From: Eledone cirrhosa
Taxonomy: Eukaryota
Reading direction: 5' to 3'
Length of the DNA: 64,000 nt
Assembly (NCBI GenBank): GCA_964016885.1
Contig: OZ024743.1
Coordinates: 75,950,001 to 76,014,000, forward strand
Both the position numbers and the translations under genes were made by a program. The notes under the pieces are model-generated. The model was given only the letters and a program-made list of their open reading frames with translations. It did no database searches and was not told where the DNA came from. Positions 52,006 to 64,000 of the stretch are shown here, in pieces. Position 1 is the stretch's first letter. Each line of letters begins with the position of its first letter.

Positions 52006-52646
52006 GGGAGAGCTTGTGATCTGGGTTGAAAAAGTTGGGCTTCCTAGTCGGTTCGAGGCATGTACAAGCATGCCATGCGGTCTAGAGATTTCTAGTAACG
52101 TCAGTATATCAACTGTTGGAGCCATAGAAAAGATCAGAAGCTGTGATGGTGGTTTGGCTTGCTAAGGAGCCTAAGCAACATTACTCGAAAGAAGTTCCGG
52201 TGACATAAAGAAGGGATGCCATAGAATAGCGAGACTTCAGGGATCGGAAAGTAGCAGTAGCTAGCATTGTGATCGGGAACAGTAGAAAGTGGAATCTTGC
52301 TGGAGATGAAGTACGTATTAACAAGAATCTCTGGAGTTAAAACAAACAAATCAACAAGAGATTCTGATGACTGAAAGAGCTCTGACAAGATAGGAGAACC
52401 GACCACGACATAAAGCTACGTTATCGACTTTCTGGCGGACATTTAGCGCATCGGGTTCCTGATCAATACTTTACCAAACACGACAAGTTTTCACACATGG
52501 GATAGGAGTATAACGTCTTTATGTCCTCTCTGTGTTGGCACAGGGCCCTTCAATATCTCTCTATATGTATGGAATCATAGTTACATAATGCATACATACA
52601 TAATACATACATATATACATACATACGTACATACATACACACATAC

Positions 52647-52718
<72 letters not shown>

Positions 52719-52852
52719 GCATTCATACATATACGCATACATGCATGCATGCATATATATATACATGCATATATATATATATACACATACGTACATAGAT
52801 ACATATATCATACATATACACATACATATATACATACATATATACATACATA

Positions 52853-53258
52853 TCCTCAGATTTATGCCTGTGGTTATTGGGGCACTGGGGTATGTTAGTA
52901 ACTGCCCCAATACAAATCTTGAGAAGCTGGGCTTCACAGGAACAGAAAGAACACAACTAGTTAGGAAATTACAAGTACAATCCATTAATGGAACAATAAA
53001 AATATGTAAAACATTCCAAAAGTTTGCATTTAATAACTGCATATACACATGACAGATACAAAAGCGTATACACATGCACACACACAACTTAAAACATCGA
53101 CATCCACACATACAATAACATCCATATCTACACATGCATGCATACATATCTGTCTAGTTGATGTTGTGTAAATTCTAATGAGAGAGTCTTGTGTCTATAT
53201 TAGAAACCGACTCTCTCTCTATTGGTAAAAATTTGTGAAATTATAAAACCAGAAGAAC
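52853..53258 (+). mobile_element. R4/Dong-type LINE 3' fragment
   Basis: RFMPVVIGALGYVSNCPNTNLEKLGFTGTERTQLVRKLQVQSINGTIKICKTF plus the 3' UTR. Confidence 0.8.
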
Positions 53259-53371
53259 ATACATATATACACACATACATACATACATACATACATACAT
53301 ACATACATACATACATACATACATACATACATACATACATACATACATACACACATACATACATACATACA

Positions 53372-53980
53372 TGGTGGCTGCCAACTCGTTTTCGAGTACG
53401 GCCACTACTTTATATCCATGTAGGAGAACCCCTACCGATGCGCTGAACGAGTGTGACTTTTTAGTCCAGCCAGCGACTTGAAAACTTTGGTACAAACACT
53501 ACACTTGTGACAATTATCGACACATAGTGCTTTGCCTTTGGTACCATGTGACGACAAGTGCAGAGAGATCTCCAGATATAAAGCAATGCCTGTGCCGTGA
53601 AGCTTTTATAGTGAGCAAAGGCACTGCACAAAGCCAGTCCCACTCTCTTAACCAAGATGATATTTACCAAAAAGAAGAACAAGTCAACATCATTGGATAC
53701 CATCAGGGTTGCAGGTGTTATATCAGAGTTTTCCTTCTCCTAGAATTCTGCCTTGACAAAGGCTAAGGGGTCATCTCTCCCAGTGATTTTGGATGGCCAT
53801 TGACTCTTAGGAGCTCCTTTGCCCTTTGACAGGTTTTGTTTTTAGTCCTGCAGGATGTCCAAAGTCACCCTCCTCACCAAGAAACCTTGGTGGGGTTGCC
53901 AGTTTAGTCGCCAACGACCCGACCATGAGACAGGTTGTACTGGGATACATGTTACCAGTAGCACCAAGTGGTGACCTGAC
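53372..53980 (-). mobile_element. Non-autonomous RTE derivative, family 1, full length
   Basis: Close reverse complement of 7177-7785; (TACA)n on both sides. Confidence 0.75.
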
Positions 53981-54213
53981 ATAATACATACATACATACA
54001 TACATACATACATACATACATACATACATACATACATACATACACACATACATACATACATACATACATACAGACAGACATACATACATACATACATAAG
54101 CACATAAATATTTTAAATGGTGCATATTTCTACATTGGAAATAACTAACACAACTCACGTACAAAGTCCTCATATTTTATCGACATTTTTCCTAACGAAA
54201 CAACAAAAACGGC

Positions 54214-54267
<54 letters not shown>

Positions 54268-55179
54268 GTAAATCCCCAAAAAGCAGTTTTCACTCACCGA
54301 TATCTAATTACATTTAAGTTGGATTAGAAGGGATCAAATAATTTGTCGGTTGGAACTGTGACACAATCTAATCTTAAGTTTCAGGTTTTTTGGTGACGTA
54401 ATACTGCTAATAGTGATAATGACAATGATGATGATGATGATGATAATAATAAGAAAAGTGGGTACAACACACGTGGGGCCTGGCAAACAATCTTATATAA
54501 AATCAAGGTCAAAGCCGTTATACAATGGACGAATTAAAATCTGATAAAAGACGAAATATGTATAAAATTATTATAGAATTTTAAGTTTGAAAGCCACGAC
54601 CATGGGAAATGGACGAAAAAAGAAATCAGACGGAGCAAGATGTTATGTTTTACCTTAATTTATATATCCTGAGATTCGAGATCAAAATCTCTTCTTCAGA
54701 GAGGAAATATAAGGGACTAATTCAGTGTTCGGCGGAACGCGTTATACCATGCTGGGGTTCGCCTTCTCTGTTAGTTCCTTTTTTTCCCTTTGTCACCTAT
54801 AGTTCTCCGTTATACTGCAGCTTTCAGTATGGGTCGTCGGAAGAAGAGAGAACTCTTGTTTATCAGCTTCTGGGTGAATTCTTCAGCAATTTTCATTTAG
54901 AGAAGCAGCCAGCGATGCTACTTGTTATTACTTTTGCCCACTATTTTCTTCTATCATTTTTTCTGGATTTTCCGGTAGCTGGGGTTCTTCAGCTTCCTGG
55001 TCAGCTCATGGGAACGAGAACAAGTCTATTGTCAGAAACTCCACCAAGAACAATAGCATCAACTACAGCAACAGTATTGGAATGACTCCGGAAAATTTGA
55101 ATGAAAATTCCCCAAGCTTGCCAAACAACATCACGGAAGTGACAGTTACACGGGTCATTCGCCCTTCCATTTTGTCATC

Positions 55180-55270
55180 CTGCCTCGCGAGTTGGAATGG
55201 CTCTTCCAGCGCATCTCCGGGGAAACACCTTCTCCATCCTGGCTGCCGGGGCTGTGGGGAGGCCAGCACG
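55180..55270 (+). mobile_element. CRE-like LINE 3' tip
   Basis: cctcgcgagttggaatggctcttccagcgc...ggggctgtggggaggcca, matching 4451-4547. Confidence 0.6.
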
Positions 55271-55699
55271 TGGGACCCCATTTGCTCAACATACGGATTA
55301 ATAGGCAAAGTTATAAACTATTGCAAATAAATAATTATTGTAGCTAGCTTTTTTTTTATTTAATACATTTTTATATCATTGAACATCTCGACTGTATGTA
55401 TGTATGAACACGAGAGCGCTGAAAACCAGAAATTTGTCATTCTAACTTTACCAGATTTTCACTTTCTCGTATGAGTTCCATCGTTAGGTCTTCTATTGAG
55501 TTAAGTCGCCGAGATTAGCTTTGCCTTTCATCATAAAGGGCTTGATAAAATAAAATAGCAGTAATGTACGGTGGTCGATTTAATGGACTCCACCCACCTC
55601 AAAAAAAAAAAAAAAAAAAAGAATTGCTAGCCTTGTCCCTATAGTAGAAATAATTGTTGTTGTTGGTGTTGTTGTTTAAATTTTGTTGTGATTATTGAG

Positions 55700-56965
55700 T
55701 TTGTGTTGTTGTTGTGATCACTGTTGTTGTCACTGTTGTTGTTGTCACTGTTGTTGTTACTGTTGTTGTTGTTACTGTTGTTGTTGTCACTGTTGTTGTT
55801 GTCACTGTTGTTGTTGTCACTATTGTTGTCACTATTGTTGTTGTCACTGTTGTTGTCACTGTTGTTGTCACTGTTGTTGTTGTTACTGTTGTTGTTGTAC
55901 TGTTGTTGTTGTCACTGTTGTTGTTGTCACTGTTGTTGTCACTGTTGTTGTTGTCACTGTTGTTGTTGTCACTGTTGTTGTTGTCACTATTGTTGTTGTC
56001 ACTGTTGTTGTTGTCACTGTTGTTGTCACTATTGTTGTTGTCACTGTTGTTGTCACTGTTGTTGTTGTCACTGTTGTTGTTGTCACTGTTGTTGTCACTA
56101 TTGTTGTTGTTACTGTTGTTGTCGCTGTTGTTGTCACTGTTGTTGTCGCTGTTGTTGTCACTGTTGTTGTTGTTACTGTTGTTGTTGTACTGTTGTTGTT
56201 GTCACTGTTGTTGTCACTGTTGTTGTTGTCACTGTTGTTGTCACTGTTGTTGTCACTGTTGTTGTCACTGTTGTTGTTGTCACTGTTGTTGTTGTACTGT
56301 TGTTGTTGTCACTGTTGTTGTTGTCACTGTTGTTGTCACTGTTGTTGTTGTCACTGTTGTTGTCACTGTTGTTGTTGTTACTGTTGTTGTTGTACTGTTG
56401 TTGTTGTCACTGTTGTTGTTGTCACTGTTGTTGTCACTGTTGTTGTTGTCACTGTTGTTGTCACTGTTGTTGTCACTGTTGTTGTTGTCACTGTTGTTGT
56501 CACTATTGTTGTTGTCACTGTTGTTGTCACTGTTGTTGTCACTGTTGTTGTCACTGTTGTTGTCACTGTTGTTGTTGTCACTGTTGTTGTTGTCACTGCT
56601 GTTGTTGTCACTGTTGTTGTTGTCACTGTTGTTGTTGTCACTGTTGTTGTCACTATTGTTGTTGTCACTATTGTTGTCACTATTGTTGTTGTCACTGTTG
56701 TTGTCACTGTTGTTGTCACTATTGTTGTTGTCACTGTTGTTGTCACTATTGTTGTTGTCACTGTTGTTGTCACTGTTGTTGTCGCTGTTGTTGTTGTCAC
56801 TGTTGTTGTCACTGTTGTTGTTGTCACTGTTGTTGTCACTGTTGTTGTCACTGTTGTTGTCGCTGTTGTTGTTGTCGCTGTTGTTGTTGTTACTGCTGTT
56901 GTTGTCACTGTTGTTGTCACTGTTGTTGTTGTCACTGTTGTTGTCACTGTTGTTGTCGCTGTTAT
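55700..56965. repeat. (TGT)n-CAC compound minisatellite
   Basis: 12/15-bp units cac(tgt)3-4. Confidence 0.95.
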
Positions 56966-57174
56966 TATGACCTGCACGTACCCAATGCTCTGATCAAAGC
57001 CCACATTAGTATCAGTAGGTGTTTATTGTATTGTAAATAGTCCACATGCAAATGTCTAGTTTATGCATTGTATTGTGCACCACCTGGCAGGGCTAACATT
57101 ATACACACACACGCATACACACACTCACACAAGCACACACACACACACATATATATATATGTATATATATATAG

Positions 57175-57212
<38 letters not shown>

Positions 57213-57440
57213 CAGATATATATAATATAAAATAAAATAATATATATATATAGTAATAATAATAAATTTGAAGACTAAAATCCAGAGAGGCCTCGATACG
57301 GATAAATATATATCAAATATATAAGAACGCTAGAGCAAATATTTATTAAAATAACAGAATAAAGTTTAAGCAAAGAAAATAAATAAATATATATATATAT
57401 ATATATATTTAAAGTATATTTCCACTGATTAGGTGGACTA

Positions 57441-57502
<62 letters not shown>

Positions 57503-57508
<6 letters not shown>

Positions 57509-58084
57509 ATACTTGGGGAGGGTCATATTTGTGTAATAATATTGGCCAGAATTAATAACAGAACACACTCACTGTTTGGTTGGTTTTCGCTTCTGTGTCC
57601 TTTATATCGCTTAATTTAATTTATTCGGTCCTCAATGTTACCATTGACTGACCAACGGTCAAAAATACAGATACACTATAGACACAAACACATATATATA
57701 GTCTAACAAATTTCTTTCGTTGCACATCTGCAACATCGTCAGTGGTGCTATTATGTTTCCTTCCGTTGCATTGTATGCCTACGCCATCTTTATTTAGTCT
57801 GTTTATTTATAATTTTTTTTTTGTTGTTGTCTTCTCTGCGCATGCATTTGCGTGTGTGTATAGTGTTTTGTTTGATGTGTGTTCGTGTTTGGGTGACTGT
57901 GTATTGGTTATTGTATTTTATTTTAGTTTACTAGTGTGTGTTTATATGTGTTTGTTGTTATTGTGCTTGTGTATGCATTTATTTATTTTTTTATTTATAC
58001 TTCTCTTAGGTCAGTGTTCTTTGTTTGGGTGTTGTTGTTATTCCATTCATTTTTTTCTGTTTAGCCTTGGCCTTCTACGTTCTA

Positions 58085-58085
<1 letters not shown>
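57503..58085 (-). mobile_element. PLE family C2 3' terminal fragment with HHR motif (~57707-57747)
   Basis: Homologous to 25549-26115; (TA)n on both sides. Confidence 0.8.
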
Positions 58086-58164
<79 letters not shown>

Positions 58165-58374
58165 TAGTCCACCTAAGCAGTGGAAATATACTTAAAATTT
58201 ATATCTATATACAGTACAGAGTTTAACAGGGACTGTTTAAAATGTCTGTATCAATACGCACATTGTGTATATAGGTATGTGAAATGGTAAATTTACGTAT
58301 TTCACTTTACATTTTAAAAAGTGATCAATATTCTTAATCGATCTTTTACTTTAATTGGAATACCAGCAGGTGAT

Positions 58375-58482
58375 CATCCCGCAAAATATTATATAGACTA
58401 TAATCTATTCCATCCCGCAAAATATTATATAGACTATAATAGATTCCATCCCGCAAAATATTATATAGACTATTATCTATTC
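58375..58482. repeat. 36-bp tandem repeat, 3 copies
   Basis: catcccgcaaaatattatatagactataatctattc. Confidence 0.9.
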
Positions 58483-58648
58483 TGTGAGTGTCACTGGTGA
58501 AAAATTAATGAATCTTGAAACAGCGTGGTCTGATACTCTTAGAGTATACTGGCAACTCTGTGATATATTCATAGAGAAAAATAGAGAATTAAAATTCTAA
58601 AGTAAATATTCAGGTCCGGCCTTCTGTTGTTGATTTAATGAATCTGTA

Positions 58649-58732
<84 letters not shown>

Positions 58733-58736
<4 letters not shown>

Positions 58737-58937
58737 AGAAAGTATGAACCCCGACGGCAGAGCTCAAGCCGTTTCGACGGCTATTTCTGGACTATTTAGT
58801 CCAGAAGTAGCCGTCGAAACGGCTTGAGCTCTGCCGTCGGGGTCATACTTTCTCCTATTACCCACTCTACTACCTTAAGTATTGAGTACTCTGGTGCGTT
58901 ATGGTTCATCTGGTTCCTTATCACAACTCCTCCGTTA
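58733..58937 (+). mobile_element. Family A fragment with fold-back palindrome
   Basis: Palindrome 58733-58858 centred at ~58795; between (TA)n tracts. Confidence 0.65.
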
Positions 58938-58955
58938 TATATATATATATATATA

Positions 58956-59190
58956 GTACCACTGATGATGTTGCTGATGTGCAACGAAAGAATTTTGATT
59001 GACTATATATATATTTATATCTGTATTTTTACCCGTTGATCAATCAATGATAAACGTTGATTGCCAAATAAATTAACTATGGAGATATAAAAGATACAGA
59101 AGCGAAAACCAACGAAACAGTGAATGTGTTCTGTTATTATTTGTGGCAATATTATTACAACAATATGACCCTCCCCAAGTATAACAATAT
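58956..59190 (+). mobile_element. PLE family C2 terminal fragment starting at the HHR
   Basis: gtacca CTGATGA tgttgc tgatgt gcaac GAAA gaatttt ... ccctccccaagtataacaat(at)n. Confidence 0.7.
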
Positions 59191-59239
59191 ATATTTATAT
59201 ATATATGTGTGTGTGGGGGGGGGGGGAGGTTTATGTGTG

Positions 59240-59313
<74 letters not shown>

Positions 59314-59819
59314 TTGTGTGTGTAATATAATATAATATATAAAGAGAACGAATGAGACAATGAAAGGAAGAACTATGGAAAAAGATAAAAATATATTTCT
59401 TTATACAAATTCTTCGGTTTGCAGATCAACAAGAGGAACACATATTAAAATAAATATATAGATTGGTTTCTCCGTGGCATCGGATTTCGGCGGATGTTCA
59501 CAGAAAGCTAAGAAAATAAATGGTTTTTCTGTCGAAATAACGCGGCTTTTTGATTGGCAAGAAAATCTGTTTCTGGTAATATAAACAGGACATATTGGCC
59601 TGTCTGACGATATAGTGTGTATGGTGTTTATTTCATGTGTGTGTTTATGTGTGTTTGAATGTGTGTCAGTGTGCATTTGTGTGTGTGTGTGTGTAGAATT
59701 ATGTTTCACTTTTGTTTAAAGATCATTAGCATATACATACATATACACACATATGCATACGCTCACACATTGATACATACACATTTACATACAGACATAT
59801 ATACACATACATACACATA

Positions 59820-60090
59820 TGGTGGCTGCCAACTCATTTTCGAGTACGGCCACTACTTTATATCCATGTAGGAGAACTCCTACCGATACGCTGAACGACT
59901 TGAAAACTCTGCTACAGCCAGCGACTTGAAAACTCTGGTACAAACACTACACTTGTGACCATTATTGACACATAGTGCTGGGCCCATGGTACCATGTGAC
60001 GACAAGTGCAGAGAGATCTCCAGATATAAAGCAATGCCTGTGCCGTGAAGCTTTTATAGTGAGCAAAGGCACTGCACAAAGCCAGTCCCA
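59820..60090 (-). mobile_element. RTE derivative family 1, 3' fragment
   Basis: Matches 53372-53642 with a small internal rearrangement. Confidence 0.7.
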
Positions 60091-61399
60091 CATACACATA
60101 TAGATATATACATATGTACATATTTCCAGATACACACATATATGCATACACTCACTCATATTACACGCATACACACACACGTGCATGCATACATATGCAC
60201 ACATATATGCATATACACACATATATAGATATATACATACACACAGACAGATACATAAATATATATTATATATGTATGTACATACGCAAGTGTGTGTGAG
60301 TGTATGTGTGTGAGTTTGCATGTCTGCGTGTATGTATGTGTGTGTATATAAGTGTATGTGTGTGAGTATGCGGGTGCGTGTATGTATGTGTATATGTGTG
60401 TATGTGTGTATGTGTGTGTGTATATGTGTGTATATGTGTATATGTGTGTGTGTATGTGTGTGTATGTGTGTGTATGTGTGTGAGTATGTGTGTTTATATG
60501 TGTATATGCGTGAGTGTGTGTGTACATGTATGTGTGTGTGTATGTATGTGTGTATGGGTGTGAGTATGTATGTGTATATGTGCGTATGTCTGTGTGTGTA
60601 TATGTGTATATATGTATATATATGTATGTGTGTATGTGTGTGAGTATGTGTGTATATGTGTGTATGTCTGTGTGTGTATATGTGTGAGTGTGTGTGTATG
60701 TATATATGTTTGTGTATGTGTATTACAAACCTCCGTATACATAGCTTTACTGTGTTTGATATTCGCTCCTAATTAATCCATTTCCCCCGTATGTTGTTAT
60801 CACATAAAATAATTATTGTGCTGTTAGTCAATCAGAAGTTGGCCAAATATTTAATAAATCAACTGTAAATTAATTTATAATTATATAATCATTAATTTTT
60901 AATTATAAAATATTTGTTGTAAAATATAATCTTTAATTTCATGTTATTCGTTCATGGTTTATCTTTCACTTTAAATAATTAACATTCATAGCTAGTAGAA
61001 TATATTTTAGAAATATTGAAAATTGGGGCACAACGCCGGTTGTCATTGAGACATCACGTGTCCTAGCTTCTCGAACTGTGATTTTCCTTGGCAAAATCTG
61101 AAAAATGGGGAATCACTGAAGGGGAATCACTGTTACAACAGGTGTCACTAGTGTCCTCACTAGTAATATCTCCGCCATTTTGTCAGCAGGACACAAGAGA
61201 TATCACTCAGACTGAGGTAGAGTTGCTCCTTTCTCTTCCTTTCGTTGTTTAATTTCTTCTTTCATTTGTAATTCTTCACAAAAACTAGTCTTGCGTTGAC
61301 CTTCAAAATGACCTTGACCAAAACATGACCTTGACATTGGATGTGGCCTTGGTCTTGTACGTGACCTTGATTTTCGATGTGACCATGACAATTTCCTTT

Positions 61400-61660
61400 C
61401 TTGTAAAATTAATTTGTATTGCAAGGAACTTAGAACTGTTTTCCCAGCAAAATATTTCAAAGAGCTTTAGTTCTTTTCTGATCAATTTTACTAATTATTC
61501 CTGGTTATTTTCCATGGATCACAGCTATATATATATAAAAAAAGAAATCAACTATTTTTTTTTATTAATCTTCTCTTTGTTTCATCTGGAACATTCTGTT
61601 TCTTCCAAATTCCGTTCAATTTAGTCAGATTTCGCCATTGCTGTGTATCAATTGGTCACG
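61400..61660 (-). mobile_element. Old RTE-like LINE remnant
   Basis: IWKKQNVPDETKRRLIKKIV...YSCDPW...LKLFEIFCW resembles the RTE post-RT region, with frameshifts. Confidence 0.4.
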
Positions 61661-61897
61661 TAGACAGCCACTGAAGAGATTGAAATGAAGAGTGTGAGTC
61701 ACATTTATTTGTATGTCAAAATATGTAGATACTAGCAAATACTCATTCTCTCACATATACATATATATACACCAGGTCCGGGCACAAAGGAACCAAACAC
61801 CCACTCTCACTGCCTTCGTCTCTCCCGCTCTCCTCATCTCATATATATACACCAAGTCCGAACACAAAACAATCAAACTCCCACTCTTACTTCCACC

Positions 61898-62021
<124 letters not shown>

Positions 62022-62341
62022 TATACACCATGCCCGGACACAAAACAACCAACCTCCCACTTTCACTACCTCCATCTCTCCCCACTCTCACCGCCCCACC
62101 CACTATCACCACCTCCGTATCTCCCCCACTATCACCACCTCTATGTCTATTATCTCCCTTTGTTACCACTGTCCATCACTATATTACTGTCTAGTTCAAT
62201 GACATCCACTCCACAACAAACAATACTAATATATTTTATAAGTCAACTTCATTTTTAAATTAAGACATTTACAGAGCAGTAAAATCATAATAACTTCAAA
62301 CAACAAAGGCAGGTCAGACTTGTTTTCTATGATCAATGATG

Positions 62342-62397
<56 letters not shown>

Positions 62398-62552
62398 ATG
62401 TATGTATCGATATATGTTTGTATGTATGTGTTTTTGGATATTTATGTATCTATGTACATTTGTATGTATGTAAGTTGAGTCACCTTAGAGTACTAACATA
62501 CGTTAGATAGCTTGACAAATTGAAAATTGCGTCAGGTAAGCCTAGCCACATA

Positions 62553-62722
62553 CATATTTCGTATCTCCAAAGAAATACGGTTTTAGGAAGCCGTAGCTAT
62601 GCAAACACCGGGGGGCGGGGGGTTAAACGCCCTCTGGTGATGTCCAGCAGAATCTGCTGGACATCACCAGAGGGCATAGCTACGGCTTCCTAAAACCGTA
62701 TTTCTTTGGTGATACGAAATAT
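62553..62722. repeat. Fold-back palindrome
   Basis: atatttcgtatc...gctatgc / gcatagc...gatacgaaatat outer arms, with an inner hairpin gccctctggtgatgtccagcaga-a-tctgctggacatcaccagagggc. Confidence 0.8.
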
Positions 62723-62766
62723 TTATGCATATTATATAAAGCTATGCTTGAAGCGAAATCCTATTT

Positions 62767-62869
<103 letters not shown>

Positions 62870-62874
62870 GGGGA

Positions 62875-63640
62875 GGTAGAACACTGCAAGGTAATATCCG
62901 TAGTGGTAGAGCACTCAGTCCATGGGACGAGTTAGGTAGAAGTAGTAACACAACAGTTATTTCACCGTACCGAGAACAATTGTTTCACCTTAGCGGATCT
63001 TCAGCTCATACTGGTCATGGTTATACGGAACAGGAAGAGACAACCGTATGAACGCGCATGCGCAGAAACGGTCACTTTACCCAAGCGATACAAAGCCCCG
63101 GGCGAAAGGTGTAAGGGAGATAACTGCGAAAGTGCGGAAAAGGTGTTCGAGTTGATTAGAAAATTAGAATGTTGTTGTTATTCAATCCGGAGCTTTGTAG
63201 CTATGTAAGAGGTGTTTCGAGACATGTGGACAACGTGAGAAGATTTCATTTCTTGAATTTAGGCAATCGCTATTGCGTAATCTCCTTAGAATATTTATTC
63301 TTTCTTCAATACACAGTCGACAGGATGGATTGCCCCTTGCACTTAGTGATGGATTTCCATTGAATAGAGTAGTCTATACCTGAGTCCTTAAGGGACCATA
63401 CGTGGCCCGCGAGTTTCGTGGATGATCGTTTGTCCGGGTACCTAAAGGTCGACTGATGGTTCAGGAAGCGTTCCTTAAATCGGCTCTCCGCCATACCCAC
63501 ATAGGATTTGACCTCCTGTGGTTGATTTGGTCGGTTGGAAGTGACCACAATTTCATAAACTACAGCGGGTGTGTTGCATTGCTGTTGAAGGAGACAAGCT
63601 TCAGGCTTTCGGCAAGAGCATCCTGGTGTAACCAATTACT
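62875..63640 (-). mobile_element. Penelope-like element 3' end: GIY-YIG endonuclease, HHR, tail
   Basis: GCSCRK..CLL..QC..VVYE...YVGMAESRFKERFLNH..STKLAGHVW.LK..IQW; tail homologous to 1-61. Confidence 0.85.
62972..63007 (-). ncRNA. Minimal type I hammerhead ribozyme
   Basis: gag CUGAAGA ucc gcuaa ggu GAAA caauug UU cuc; palindromic AACAAUUGUU stem III. Confidence 0.75.
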
Positions 63641-63830
63641 TACCCCCTACTAACAACTCTCACTCAACGTTAAAACTAATGTAGGAACATTTTGTTTAGC
63701 CCTCTTAGATAGACACTTTCCCATAGGTCACAAATACCGCTCCATCTTTAACTGACAGAGTAAAACTAGGGTACTCCTGCGCTAAGAATATGAAGGTCTA
63801 CAACACCATCAGTCCTAAGAGCGGCACTCC
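63640..63830 (+). mobile_element. Inverted PLE segment (RT-EN linker)
   Basis: LSLNVKTNVGTFCLALLDRHFPIGHKYRSIFN...LGYSCAKNMK, the region normally just upstream of this GIY-YIG type. Confidence 0.65.
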
Positions 63831-64000
63831 ACCTTAGAGAAGTTGGCCTCAAATATTAGGTCTCAGAATGATCCCACAGTGTCACCGTGACCTCAAGGCA
63901 CAGGAGTAGGGTTCAAACTGTCTGATGAAGTGTTCCAGTCAGTAATATCGGGAGGAGTCTTTGCCTGTTATTAAAATGGGCGGGAGAGGGCGGTCTTAGA

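Noticed and set aside
52134-52406. Possible APE endonuclease remnant (SLVDLF...PDH)
   Set aside because: Too short and degenerate to call without an HMM search.
54609-55085. 158-aa non-repetitive ORF
   Set aside because: No recognisable domain or convincing splice sites; adjacent to TE debris.
55695-57040. Long Cys/Val/Leu/Thr-rich ORFs resembling mucin or metallothionein
   Set aside because: Simple (TGT)n-CAC repeat open in several frames, with frame-breaking units.
59415-59580. Candidate host exon after tttgcag
   Set aside because: All three frames from that acceptor hit stops quickly, and an alternative acceptor gives an unrecognisable peptide.

Overview
Repeat-saturated, AT-rich eukaryotic (animal) genomic DNA. 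The SINE families and microsatellite load resemble a coleoid cephalopod such as Octopus; this is recognition, not a search result. I can support no host protein-coding exon, and most ORFs in the track are microsatellite artefacts. The window is a mosaic of simple repeats and transposable elements: Penelope-like elements (PLEs) with GIY-YIG endonuclease and type I hammerhead ribozymes (HHRs), RTE LINEs and their non-autonomous derivatives, R4/Dong-type, CRE-type, CR1 and Tx1/L1-type LINE fragments, Nin-domain and CORE-type tRNA SINEs, non-autonomous Helitrons, a mariner remnant and a MITE. There is one 200-N gap. Most interesting: (i) about a dozen HHR motifs from several families, often in fold-back inverted repeats inside (TA)n; (ii) a non-coding ~2.7 kb element with ~1 kb inverted arms, each carrying an HHR with a compensatory U3-A8 core; (iii) element classes partitioned by microsatellite target, with RTE and Dong elements recurring tail-to-tail in (TACA)n; (iv) minisatellites derived from TE internal sequence. 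Coordinates were read by eye and may be off by a few bases.
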